This document shows, in pieces, positions 1 to 11,205 of a DNA stretch of 64,000 bases. Both the position numbers and the translations under genes were made by a program. This DNA comes from Naegleria gruberi. Lineage: Eukaryota. The number at the start of each line of letters is the position of its first letter. Position 1 is the stretch's first letter. The notes beneath the pieces were generated by a model that did not search any database, had not been told where the DNA came from, and saw only the letters and a list, made by a program, of their open reading frames with translations. Location of the stretch: the NCBI GenBank assembly GCA_000004985.1, contig GG738858.1. The stretch is one strand, 5' to 3'.

Positions 1-446
1 GTAGTGATTTTGATTTTCTCTTTGTTTTAGATTCCTTCTTATTTGACTTTGTAGAGTTATTGTTATTTATATTATTACTCACAATACTATTGGTACTAGT
101 GCTTGTTTGTTGTTGTTGTTGTTGAAGGCTACTGGAAGAGGAGGTAGTACTCATTGATGACGAGGCTCCTCCATATGAATCAGAGTTATTATTATTCATC
201 ATATTCATATTATTATTATTATTATTATTGAGTACATTATTAGTAGCTACCACTCCTACAACTCCTTGGTGATGCTGATGATGAGCTGACTGATGTTGGT
301 GCTGCACTTGTTGTGAGGAGATTGTTTGTTGCGGAACAAGCAGAGGTGGTTTTTGCATTTTTTGTTCTAATTTGTACAACAAGCTTCATGCTAAAGCTTT
401 GGGAATGAAGACTGAACATATATTGGTGAAAGAGGTCATTGATCAA
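1..446 (-). CDS. C-terminal part of an N/Q/S/T-rich low-complexity protein; partial, the gene continues beyond the window start
   Basis: Minus-strand translation gives long N, Q, S, T and H runs (poly-N from (ATT)n at 181-230, poly-Q from (TTG)n at 100-125). The track ORF 240..446 is part of it. No recognisable domain. Confidence 0.3.
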
Positions 447-686
447 ACAAATACGTTACGTTAAGTCACTACACACGATGTCTATTGACTTTGTATTGGT
501 AGTGAGCTTTTTATTCGGAGAGGTTACTCCTTTTGAGAAGAAAGAGCTTATTGGAGTGATTGTGGCAGGGAAATAACTTGAAGGATTGTAGTATTTTAAC
601 AAGGGTGAAAATTATTTGATATTCCAATATAGTTCTGTAAGGACTATGGAGATAACGGTTTATAAAAATTTTTAGAATCGCAATAC

Positions 687-2598
687 TTACTTTTGGTTGA
701 GAATAAAGGTCCTAAAAGGATGAATTTGAGAATCTGTAGTATTGGAAGAAGGAAAATCCACACTCTGTTGTTCAAACCTATCAGGATTGAATTGATTTGA
801 TTGTTTTCCCCAAACTCTAATATCTGAATTCAATAAATTAAAAAGAATGAGAAGTTTTGAACTCTTTGGAATATTGTAATGACTTCTACTAGTATTTGGA
901 AGAGGTTTTCCACTTCCAACTCTACAACTTTCCAAAGCTTCACCTGCATATGTAAATACTGGTGCTGCCAACCTGAATGTTTCTTGCACAACTCTGTTGC
1001 AATATTTAAATTTGTATTTAAAAGTTCTGAATAGGACAGTCTTGTCCTCTCTTTGAGAGAAATTCTCGTCAACTTCTTGTTGGACTAATTGTTGATACTC
1101 AGGATTTAGAGATAAGTAATGAAGAGCTCGTGTCACATATAATAAAACATGTTCTTGTCCGTCACAAAATGCTCTACTATTAGCTGGCAGTTGTAATTTA
1201 CAAATGGATGGGATTGGAAGAGGTAGATTAATAGTTGATTCTTTCTTGTTTTTAGATGATCTCTTGAACATGGGTAATAGTGTTCTCTTAGGTTGAAGTA
1301 GTGAAATACTCCTACTAAGGCAGGATTTCAATAATTTCATTAAAATATTCTTTTGTTGATTGGATGATTCAAAACTAGTCAAATTCGATGTGGGACTGAT
1401 TTTTGTGGAATTATCTGGGGACTCTGGCTTGCATACTGCCTCTGTAATATTAGAAAGCAATGAAGAGAGGTAATCATCAATATTAACGGACACAAATTTT
1501 TGTGAATGTCTTTGTTCTTCGAGAACAAGACTCTCCATGCTCGATGTTACCTCTTCATTGAATAACTCCATCCAGGATGTAGTAAGTTGAGTTAAATTTT
1601 CATTCAAAATTTTCTCAAAGTTGTTTGGATCCAAAGTATTTAAAATATCTTCTTCATCCAATGATTCTAATCCATTATGAAATTTGGTAGAGATTAGATT
1701 CATATTAGTGACATGCCTATCCCTACAGTCACTAAAATTATGTTTGAGTTTTGGATTATTAACAATCTCAAAATATGTATTGGAATCACTATTGCGCTTG
1801 TTAATAAAATTGTGCTGAAATATTAACATACCTAGTTATTAAATAATTATCAAGAAATAAACTAAGTCTCCACATACTACAACCAAACATTTGAGATTTC
1901 AATATTTGATATTTTGGAAAGAGGAACACATTGTCCAATTTTTGTTGATAGTCCCAAGCAAATTTACAATTCTTGCAGGGATAATATCCCACACAATCAT
2001 TCAGCAATTTTGTCATCCAAATCTTGCACCAATAACAAGAGCAAGATTGATAACTTGGATCTTCCATTGAAAGGAATGTAGCCATATTATTTTGTCTTCT
2101 TTTGTACTTATTTTGCAAGCTGTTAAGAAAAGAAGTAGAACTCATAGCTCGTGTTAAACTTGGCTTATTGGCATCATTATTGTAGATAACAACACCTTCA
2201 TCAGGATTAAATTGATAACTATGTTTTTGATATTTAAAAAGAGGTGAATCATCTTCTTCGTTACTACTTGTACTACTACTATCAGATGATGAGGTCGGAG
2301 ATGATGGATGGTAATTATTTGGTTGAACATTTGCAGGATCATAATTTTGGGAAGGAATATTATTGGGAGTTGGAGGTATTTGATTATTACTAGCATCTTC
2401 GTTATGATACAAATCAATATTGGAAATATTTGAAAAATAGGGCCTGTTGAAAAATCGTAAGGTAAAATAGTGGAAATGTGAATAGCCTGGCAGATGCGTA
2501 GCTTTACTAATAGTTCTCACATGTTTTCCATAAATATAAACAATTATAAGAGCCAATATGTTCAATAGAACAAAACAGGCTGCAACAAAAACCAACAT
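687..2598 (-). CDS. Hypothetical membrane-anchored Cys-rich protein fused to or adjacent to a cytochrome-P450-like C-terminal region; structure unresolved
   Basis: Minus ORFs 1801..2598 and 687..1829 overlap by 29 nt in different frames. The upstream ORF has an N-terminal TM anchor (MLVFVAACFVLLNILALIIVYIYG) and a CSCYWC...C...C..C cluster. The downstream ORF has P450-like K-helix ETFRL, YNIPK and PERF-like FNPDRF, but no FxxGxRxCxG heme loop appears in any frame downstream. A donor AAG|GTAAGT lies at ~687. Confidence 0.3.
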
Positions 2599-3472
2599 TT
2601 CGGTTTTGGTACAATCTATTACTATATAATATTATTGTTTTTGGTCTTGAAAATATTCATTCAAAAACTATCTACTCTAAAATCAGAGAAGTGTGATGAT
2701 GAAATGTACACGAGAGAAGAAAGATGAAAATCCCAAGAGAGAATATTCTTCAAATTTTTTCTTCTTTCCGGAATGTTGAAAGGTGCGCGAAATGTTTTGC
2801 CCAAAAGCTTGCAAGAAAAAGTCCATGATTGAATTCGAGTGCAAGCAGCTCAACACACCGTAATTGCTGTTTATTGTCATCTTTGCAAAATGATAGAGTT
2901 TATGTAACATTGTAGGATTGTTAAAGAAGGTGATGGTCATAGATGTTGGTGTTGGGTAAATGTGTTGAAAAATCCAACCATTGTGAATTTCACAATTCCT
3001 AATGTCAAAAAGTTAACAACGGAAAGTGGTGACCGTTTGCAACCTTAATCATCACTCATGTGTCATACTTGAAGAGTTTTAAATTACTGCTCACAAGGAA
3101 ATTGTAAAGCTAACTTGAAATTAAGGGAAAAAAACTGTAGTTCTTATCTTTGCTCTAATTTCATCACCAAATATTGAATAAACGAATATGGATCTGACTC
3201 CTTTCGTAACATCCCATTTGCATAAAAAAAACCATTAAACCAATAAATCTGCTGATTGATCTATTCGGTCGGAAACTGAATTCATTGCTAATATATCTTC
3301 ATAGAAACCATCAGTTATTACGCCTCATTCAACAGTTGATTATGTAGGTTGAGTATGGTGGGTAAAATAATATGAGTTCATATCGAGGCAAATTGAAGTG
3401 TCTTTTTGCTTGGATTCGGAGAATCACAGAACAAAACCATCACCGAATTGAAACAAAGCTTACAAAAAAAAA

Positions 3473-5389
3473 ATGAGAGCATCATCACACTTGCTTAAAC
3501 AACACTGCTCCTCCAAACGAGCATCAGGTAAAAAACTGTTGAGTAATACTGTTGCTTCTGTACTTGGTACAACAGCAAATGGCAGAGCCTTGTCAAGTAC
3601 CATTGTATCATCATCAATCAAGAATAATTTATTTGCCAACAAGAATAATTTATATAACAAACCAAATCATTCCAAGAGAAGCTTTTCGACAAGTTTATTG
3701 TCCAGAAATGAAGAATCTATGGAAGAAGAACCAATCGAAAGAGAAGTTATGGAATATGACGTTGTAATTGTTGGTGCAGGTCCATCTGGTTTATCTTGTG
3801 CAATTAAATTAAAACAATTGGCACAAGAATCGGGAAGTGATATTAGTGTATGTGTTTTGGAAAAGGGACAAGAAGTTGGATCTCATCTCTTATCAGGTGC
3901 ATGTATGGAAACACATTCACTTGAAGAATTATTCCCAAATTTCAGAGAACTTGATGTACCTTTCTATACACCTGCCACAAAGGATAGAATGTTGTTTTTG
4001 ACAGAGAAGAGAGCATTACCTTTACCAACAATTTCCGAAATGAATAATCATGGTAATTACATTGTTAGTTTGGGTCAAATTGCCAAATGGTTATCTGAAC
4101 AAGCAGAAGCTTTAGGAGTTGATATTTTACCAGGTTTTTCTGCTGATCAAGTCGTTTATGCTGATGAAAATAATGATAGAGTCATTGGTGTCATCACAAA
4201 GGATGTTGGTATCGGAAAGGATGGAAAGAGAAAGGACAATTTTGAACCAGGTATTATGCTTCAAGCAAGACAAACAATTTTCTCTGAAGGATGTAGAGGA
4301 TCACTCACTAAAACTCTTTATGCCAATCAGAAATTTAAATTGAGAGAAAATTGCACACCACAAACTTTTGCTCTCGGAGTTAAAGAATTATGGGAATTTC
4401 CAGAAGATCACCCAACATTTGACAAGGGACTTATTACACACAGTGTTGGTTATCCATTAGATGCTCACACTTATGGTGGTTCATTCATGTATCATTTCAA
4501 TGCTGATGGTGCCAATAGAGTTGCTCTTGGTTTAGTTACTGCATTAGATTATGAAAATCCAACTCTCAGTCCATATAATGAATTCCAAAAACTTAAACAT
4601 CATCCAGAATTTAAGAAAGTTCTCGAAGGTGGTAAATGCATTTCATATGGAGCTAGAACTCTCGTTGAAGGTGGTATTCAAGCTCTTCCAAAACTTTCAT
4701 TCCCAGGTGGTGTTTTAATTGGTGATACTGCTGGTTTCTTGAACGTTCCAAAGATCAAGGGTATTCACACAGCCATGAAATCTGGTATTTTGGGAGCTGA
4801 AAGTGTTTTTGAAGCTCTTACAAAGGATCAAGTTGAAGCAAGTACATTCCAAGAAAGATTCAAGAGTTCTTGGTTATACAACGAACTCTACAAGGAAAGA
4901 AATATTAGATCCTATTTCAAATATGGTCTCTATCCTGGTCTTTTATTGGCTGGTGTTGATTCAATTGTTTTTCGTGGAAAGACACCATGGACTGTCAAGA
5001 TGGAAACTTTAGATAATGAACATACCAAACCAATTTCTGAAGTGAAAAAGATTGAATATCCAAAACCAGATGGTGTTATCAGTTTCGATTTGTTGACTAA
5101 TCTCCAACGTTCTGGAACCAACCATAATCACGATCAACCAGCTCACTTAAAGTTGAAGGATGATTCCATACCTGTAAATGTTAACCTCAAAGTTTATGGT
5201 GGTCCTGAACAATACTTCTGTCCTGCCCGTGTGTATGAATTTATTCCAGATGAACAAGGAAATCAAAAGCTCAAGATTAATGCCCAAAATTGTCTCCACT
5301 GTAAGGCATGTGACATTAAGGATCCAAAGCAAAATATTAACTGGACTGTCCCTGAAGGTACTGGAGGTCCATCCTATCTTATTATGTAA
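3473..5389 (+). CDS. ETFDH: Electron-transfer flavoprotein:ubiquinone oxidoreductase, mitochondrial (ETF-QO)
   Basis: Intronless 638 aa protein with an N-terminal R/S-rich presequence, an FAD motif VVIVGAGPSGLSCAIKL and a C-terminal 4Fe-4S ferredoxin motif CPARVYEF...NCLHCKACDIKDP. Confidence 0.9.
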   Translation: MRASSHLLKQHCSSKRASGKKLLSNTVASVLGTTANGRALSSTIVSSSIKNNLFANKNNLYNKPNHSKRSFSTSLLSRNEESMEEEPIEREVMEYDVVIVGAGPSGLSCAIKLKQLAQESGSDISVCVLEKGQEVGSHLLSGACMETHSLEELFPNFRELDVPFYTPATKDRMLFLTEKRALPLPTISEMNNHGNYIVSLGQIAKWLSEQAEALGVDILPGFSADQVVYADENNDRVIGVITKDVGIGKDGKRKDNFEPGIMLQARQTIFSEGCRGSLTKTLYANQKFKLRENCTPQTFALGVKELWEFPEDHPTFDKGLITHSVGYPLDAHTYGGSFMYHFNADGANRVALGLVTALDYENPTLSPYNEFQKLKHHPEFKKVLEGGKCISYGARTLVEGGIQALPKLSFPGGVLIGDTAGFLNVPKIKGIHTAMKSGILGAESVFEALTKDQVEASTFQERFKSSWLYNELYKERNIRSYFKYGLYPGLLLAGVDSIVFRGKTPWTVKMETLDNEHTKPISEVKKIEYPKPDGVISFDLLTNLQRSGTNHNHDQPAHLKLKDDSIPVNVNLKVYGGPEQYFCPARVYEFIPDEQGNQKLKINAQNCLHCKACDIKDPKQNINWTVPEGTGGPSYLIM

Positions 5390-5408
5390 ATTTTTGTTAA
5401 TTAAATAT

Positions 5409-6032
5409 TTATTTATGGTGTTTTTGTAAAGAAGATGATTTTAATTTTGCAAATGCTTTCAAAACATTTCGTTCCTTTTGATTATTGTTGATACAAGGAG
5501 AGGATGTGTTCAATTGTTCAAGTTGCTTAGAATGAAACACCAATTGTATCTTCTCCATCATTTGAATGCAAGCAGATGACTCGACAATTTGCCCTAATTT
5601 ACAATGACAATTCATCTTTAATTGATAAAGTGAATTCAACTCGATCAAATCAACTTGTGGGATGTTATTAATTGGCTCAGAGTTGCTACAAAATAATTGA
5701 ATTAATTTTTGATATCCTATTAATGCATTCGAATACTCCTCTAATTCTAAACATTTATCTGAATAGTTTCTTACAATTAAAATCAATTCATTCCTATTGT
5801 GTTTATGTTCCTCCTTCTCCATCACATCAATTAATATTCTCATTATCAACAAGGCTTTATGAATCATTCCAACACTATTGTAAAGCCTAACCTGATATTT
5901 GAGCGCTTCCTTCTTATCATAAACATGATTCGATTTTTGAGCAATCCTTTCAATACTATTCTCATCTAAGGCTAATTCCTCAATACTTAAATACTGTCCA
6001 TCGAATAAGCTTTCCATTAATTGTTGTTCCAT
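5409..6032 (-). CDS. Hypothetical protein, 207 aa
   Basis: Clean intronless ORF abutting the ETF-QO stop (20 bp gap). Helical and Leu-rich with no motif I can name; PCI/TPR-like is possible. Confidence 0.4.
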   Translation of the reverse strand: MEQQLMESLFDGQYLSIEELALDENSIERIAQKSNHVYDKKEALKYQVRLYNSVGMIHKALLIMRILIDVMEKEEHKHNRNELILIVRNYSDKCLELEEYSNALIGYQKLIQLFCSNSEPINNIPQVDLIELNSLYQLKMNCHCKLGQIVESSACIQMMEKIQLVFHSKQLEQLNTSSPCINNNQKERNVLKAFAKLKSSSLQKHHK

Positions 6033-6132
6033 TATTTTTTGTTGTATTCAAGGGTAAGCTCTCCATCAAAATATAAGCTTGCGTAATTGTGATCTATTTT
6101 TGTCTTTTAATTGAAAAACAATAGATAAAAAA

Positions 6133-6830
6133 ATGAGTATTCTCGAATATAATGGAGCCGGTATTGTCGCCATGACTGGCAAGAATTGTGTGGCCATCGC
6201 TGCCGATACAAGATATGGTATTCGTCAACAAACTGTAGGAACTGATATGCAAAAGATTTTCAAGATTCACGATAAATTGTTTATTGGATTGAACGGATTG
6301 GCTACTGATGTTCAAACTGTTAATGAAAAACTGAAATTTAGAATGAACATGTACAATCTTAAGGAAGAAAGAGACATCAAACCAAGTAGTTTTGCCAATC
6401 TCATGTCTAATATTCTCTATGAAAAGAGGTATGTAATTTTCCCGATCAAAATATTCTTACAATCTCATCGTCATCATATTGATAACAATAATACTATTAA
6501 TACAATAGATTTGGACCTTGGTTTATTGAACCAGTTATTGCAGGACTTGAAGGACCAGAAAATAAGCCATTTATTTGCGCTCAAGATTTGATCGGAGCTC
6601 CTTGTTTTACTGATAACTTTGTTGTTTCTGGTACTTGTAGTGAAGCTTTATACGGAATGTGTGAATCTTTGTATAAACCAGATATGGAACCAGAAGATCT
6701 CTTTGAAGTTATTTCACAATGTCTTTTGGCTGCTGTTGATAGAGATTGTATTTCTGGTTGGGGTGCTGTTGTTCATGTAATCACTCCAGATAGTATCACA
6801 ACCAAGAGACTGAAGGTCAGACAAGATTAA
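6133..6830 (+). CDS. PSMB3: Proteasome subunit beta type-3
   Basis: Two exons, 6133..6428 and 6509..6830, with an 80-nt intron GTATGT...ACAATAG. The join restores the conserved ...[37 protein letters not shown]... stretch. Exon 1 begins [29 protein letters not shown], typical of an inactive beta3 N-terminus. Confidence 0.85.
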
Positions 6831-6987
6831 TTGCCTTTCATTCATTGTACACTTAACATGTCATTGTAAATTTAATACCTCATAAAACTATTTAACTTTC
6901 TAATAATGTTGTAACTTGATAGTAGTTCCATGTGTTCGTGGTTATTGCATTATCCAGCATAAGACAGTCTAATCCAATTTTTAAAAA

Positions 6988-9037
6988 ATGCTCAAACCAA
7001 CATCCCTATCGTTGGTATTAATGGTTATTTTGGCCATCCTTTCGGTTTTTGTTGGAGCAGACGAAGTTACACATAAAGTATGTTCTCCTGATTATAGTAA
7101 ATTTATACTGAATAACAAAAATAATAATTTAAAACTTTGTAATGATTAACTGTCGTTAGTATGAAGTTGGAGATAATGTTGTTTTGTGGGCAAATCACGT
7201 AGGACCACATTACAATCCTTTGGAAACATATCCTTATTATGAATCACATGTTCCTGTCTGTAAACCAAATGATCCTACACATGGAGATTTTAAATTGGAA
7301 TATAAATCACTTTCTCTCGGAGAAGCTTTACAAGGACAAGATCTTGTTAAAGTTTACGGAATTGAAACAATTTTCAGAAGTATGTTTTAATTAATATTGT
7401 ATTGTGTTCGAACAAGTGTTTAGAGAATACACCAATCACTCGTTTATGTAAATTGCCAATCACTAAGAAGGAAATTGATCAATATATTTATGCAATTGAT
7501 AATCAATATTGGTATCAATATTACTTGGATGGTATGTAATTTTTAATCATCATAATATTAAATAATAATAATTCAAGATCTTCCAATGTGGGCCATGATT
7601 GGAGGTTACGCCTTGTCAAAGAAGGGAGATACTGTAGAAAAAGTACCTTTTGTTTATACACATCAAATCTTTAATTTGGAATGGAATGAGGATCGTATTG
7701 TTAGTGTAAATTTAACTTCTAGTAGAAGAAAGCCTCTTTTGGATAACACACAAGAAATTACTTTCACTTACGAAGTTAATTGGAATAATAATCCTAATAT
7801 TAATTTTGAGAAACGTTTTGATCTCTACCTTGAACTCAACTTTTTCCAACACAAGATTCACTGGTTCTCAATCATTAATAGTTTCATGATGGTTTTATTC
7901 TTGAGTGCTGTAGTTTTTATGATTTTAATCAGAACTCTCTACAAAGATCTAGCTGCTCTTGAAAAACATGCCAAATCTAAAACTGGTGGAGATATGGAAA
8001 TTGGAACAGAAAATGATAGTGAGTTTGATATTATTGGAAGTGGAGACTCTTCTGATAGTGGTCCTTGGAAAATGTTACATGGTGATGTATTCCGTAAGCC
8101 AGCAAACCTTACATTATTCTGTGCAATTCTTGGTACTGGTCTTCAATTATTATTCTTGGCATTTTATTTGATTCTTCTCTCTATTATCAATACTTGGTAT
8201 GATACTCGTGGAGCTTTGTTGAGAGCTTTCATTTTCACATACTGTATTACAAGCTTTGTTGGTGGTTATTTCAGTGGACATTTCTACCTCAAATGGAAGG
8301 GAACTGGAGATAGATGGATTAGAACAGCTCTCTGGACAGCTTGTATTTTCCCATTCACTGTATTTATTACATCCATATTATTGAATTTCTTGGCTATTTC
8401 ATATAATGCTTTGATTGCCATGCCATTCACTACCATGCTTACTGTTTTTGTTATGTGGTTGTTCATTACTCTTCCACTAACATTTATTGGTACAATCTTT
8501 GGCAGAAACTTCCCTTCAAAGAATGTTGGTAAATCAAGTCAATTCCCATGCCAAGTCAATCAATTCCCAAGACCAATTCCAACTAAGCCATGGTATTTCA
8601 GAACATTTAGCATGTTTATTTTTGCTGGTATTTTACCATTCGGAAGTATCTTTATTGAACTCTATTTCGTATTTACTTCATTCTGGAATTACAAGTTTTA
8701 CTATGTTTATGGATTCCTTTTATTGGTATTTGCAATTCTAGTTGTAGTTATTGGTTGTGTTTCAGTTGTTACAACATTCTTCCTTTTGAATAGTGAAGAT
8801 TGGAGATGGGTGTGGCACTCAATGATTGTTGGTTTCAGTACTTCATTCTACATTTTCCTCTACTCAATTTACTTCTTTAATACCAAGACAAGAATGAGAG
8901 GCTTCTTCCAGATAGTTTTCTACTATGGTATTACGTTCATGTTTTGTGTGGGTATGGCATTCCTGTGTGGTGCTATTGCCTTCTCTGCCACCTATGTCTT
9001 TGTTAAACGAATTTACAAGGACATTAAAGTTGATTAA
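6988..9037 (+). CDS. Transmembrane 9 superfamily (nonaspanin) protein, paralog A (TM9SF2/4-like, Phg1-like)
   Basis: Four exons at ~6988..7077, 7160..7379, 7424..7531 and 7578..9037, with introns of 82, 44 and 46 nt (all GTATGT donors). There is a signal peptide MLKPTSLSLVLMVILAILSVFVGA. The splices join the conserved ...LCKLPITKKEIDQYIYAIDNQYWYQYYLDDLPMWAMIGGY... stretch, and a C-terminal nine-TM region follows. Confidence 0.85.
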
Positions 9038-9234
9038 TCAATTTTTTCACACACAAAAGTACTCTAGAGTGACTAAATTAAATATTTAAATAGATTGAAA
9101 CTCTTCAACCCTCACAGCTCTCAGTTATTAAATAATACTTAAACAATAAATTACAAAATAAATTAAAACTTTTTATTGAACAAAAATTGTGTGTGGTGAG
9201 AAAGATATGTTTGGAGGTGTTCGGTTTAGAAAAC

Positions 9235-9348
9235 TTAAACCTTGTTGTTTCTCTTTCTTCTCAAGAAGCCTAAGCCAACAAAAATGGCGAAAATAACCAA
9301 CAACACAAAAACAACAATAGCAATAATATCACCGGCTGCGATACCCAT
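9235..9348 (-). CDS. Candidate small single-pass membrane protein, 37 aa; sub-threshold ORF not in the six-frame track
   Basis: Minus ATG at 9348 and TAA at 9235 give MGIAAGDIIAIVVFVLLVIFAIFVGLGFLRRKRNNKV, one TM helix with a basic tail. A canonical 96-nt intron (GTATGTGTTT...ATCAAATAG, minus strand ~9349..9444) ends exactly at the ATG, as expected for a spliced 5'UTR. Confidence 0.35.
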   Translation of the reverse strand: MGIAAGDIIAIVVFVLLVIFAIFVGLGFLRRKRNNKV

Positions 9349-9876
9349 CTATTTGATGAAAACAATCAATAATGATCAATCCAATAACAACCGATCACCA
9401 TCAAATCATATTAAATTCAAATTGTTTTGCCTCTAAACACATACCTTTTCAAATATTTGATATTTTTTTAAATTAATATTTGTTACTTTGTGATTCTGAG
9501 CAGGCAAAAATCTTCTTGCTGGCAAACTCCGGAGAATGTTTTATTGGAAGAAGGCTAGAGAGTTTCATAAACGAAGGAATTGAAAAGGGTTCTTTCTTGC
9601 ATTGATTCTCCAATTAGATTCCATAATATTTCATCAAGGCTAGTAAATACTAAGTAATTAGAGATTATTGAACGTTGATTTAATATCAAGATTTAATACG
9701 TGGAAATGTAAATTGGTGCCAATATGATAATTTTTAAACCATGCACATACACATTTAAAAACCATGATTAAACAACTGTTAATTAAGTACTGTAGTAGCA
9801 CACTTCAACATCATGTTACTTCATACTAAATTGATTATTAAATTATTTAATAATTATTTGATGAAATTCAAAAAAA

Positions 9877-11205
9877 ATGTTTGCAACTTCAAGTGGTCGT
9901 TTTGGTTTAAATTTTGATGATGATAGTGATGATGAATTAATGCTTGTAGATGATGAAAAGGCTGTGGAAAAAATTCAAGACAATGATGATGAATTAATGC
10001 AAGAATCGGAGGAGGATTATAAAAAGTTTCTTAAGGAGAGTGATACATCACTGACAAGCAATTATTCAAATTTACCAAAATCATTTAAACAATCGATAAT
10101 GCACGATTATATTGGACATACTATTCAAAATATTGGTGTATTGTTTTATAATAATTTGGTTCCACAAGTGAGTACATCATTCTCCAAGACATCAAGTGCA
10201 AGCTTTTCGGAATTAATATTGGCTATTTCCAATAGAAACACTGTTCGATTCTATACCTTGTTGAATGATAGCAAACAAATGAAAATTATTGAATTTTCTT
10301 CAGAAGATAATTCCATCACTTTGGAGGAAAATATCAAATTTATCAAGGTTATTGATGATCTTTTAATTGTTTGTGACGAAAGAGGTACAATTTATGTTTA
10401 TAGACACAATGTTAGTCAGATTCCACAACCAGATCAAACAAAATTATTGCCAACACATGAACTTAAAATTACTTGCTCATATAGACCTTTCGAAATTTGT
10501 CCAAATGATTCCAATAACTTTTTATCTTTTGATGTCGAAGCACTTTTTGAGGGAGATATTTTGAAAATCACTGTTGCTTTAGGTACTAGTAATGGAGCTA
10601 TTTATTATTCAACATTCTCAAACACAACCAGAAAGCCTTCTCAATTTGAAGTTCTCAGACAAATCAAATATCAACACAAATCTATGCTTCCAATTCTTGG
10701 TCTTACATTCCCAATCAGAAAGTTGGTTGCTGTTGATATTCCAATTATGTTATATTATAGAACTATGAATTGTGTATTCTCTGTTGATGTAAACGATAAC
10801 AGCATTACACAAGCTAAGTACGAGCCAACTTTGGTAATGAAAACAAAGGACAGAATAACATGTCTATTTGTTCATCCTCTCCAACCAAATAATATTATTG
10901 TTGGTTTGGCAAAAGGTACACTTATTGGAAGAGACCAAATCAGTGTGTGGGATAGATCAGTTTCAAACAATGCAATTAAGGCTATCACATTTGGAAATCA
11001 ATCTAAGAGTATTCTTGTTGGAGATGAACAAGGATTTATTTACAGTGTCGACATGACAAATATTAACCAAAAATCAAGTCAATCATCTGAAAAGAGCATA
11101 GAGAATCTTGATGGAAATGACGTTCTACATATTGAATATCTTTCATCTGAAGATAAGATTTTAGCTGTTAATTCAAATGGAAGAATTAACTTGGTTTTGA
11201 ATTAA
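9877..11205 (+). CDS. Hypothetical protein, 442 aa, with an acidic N-terminus and a possible beta-propeller-like C-terminal part
   Basis: Clean ORF beginning with an ATG at 9877. Recurrent motifs IYVYRH, AIYYSTF and FIYSVD suggest beta-strand repeats; no firm family. Its stop (11203-11205) overlaps the stop of the convergent MFS gene within a TTAA. Confidence 0.45.
   Translation: MFATSSGRFGLNFDDDSDDELMLVDDEKAVEKIQDNDDELMQESEEDYKKFLKESDTSLTSNYSNLPKSFKQSIMHDYIGHTIQNIGVLFYNNLVPQVSTSFSKTSSASFSELILAISNRNTVRFYTLLNDSKQMKIIEFSSEDNSITLEENIKFIKVIDDLLIVCDERGTIYVYRHNVSQIPQPDQTKLLPTHELKITCSYRPFEICPNDSNNFLSFDVEALFEGDILKITVALGTSNGAIYYSTFSNTTRKPSQFEVLRQIKYQHKSMLPILGLTFPIRKLVAVDIPIMLYYRTMNCVFSVDVNDNSITQAKYEPTLVMKTKDRITCLFVHPLQPNNIIVGLAKGTLIGRDQISVWDRSVSNNAIKAITFGNQSKSILVGDEQGFIYSVDMTNINQKSSQSSEKSIENLDGNDVLHIEYLSSEDKILAVNSNGRINLVLN

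Noticed and set aside
830-1072. Short antisense or alternate-frame ORFs nested inside longer genes, e.g. 830..1072, 2154..2417, 3552..3767, 12070..12660 (several), 16235..16794, 37122..37488, 45928..46201, 54150..54627, 57266..57674 and 57832..58254
   Set aside because: Each lies inside or antisense to a longer ORF with clear homology or a consistent frame. Their low-complexity translations are what AT-rich or repeat-rich coding DNA produces by chance in other frames.
9242-9436. Plus-strand track ORF 9242..9436 (64 aa)
   Set aside because: It is antisense to the better-supported minus-strand 37-aa TM ORF and its 5'UTR intron. The translation is low-complexity (KTTIAIISPAAIP...) with an ATG start but no other support.
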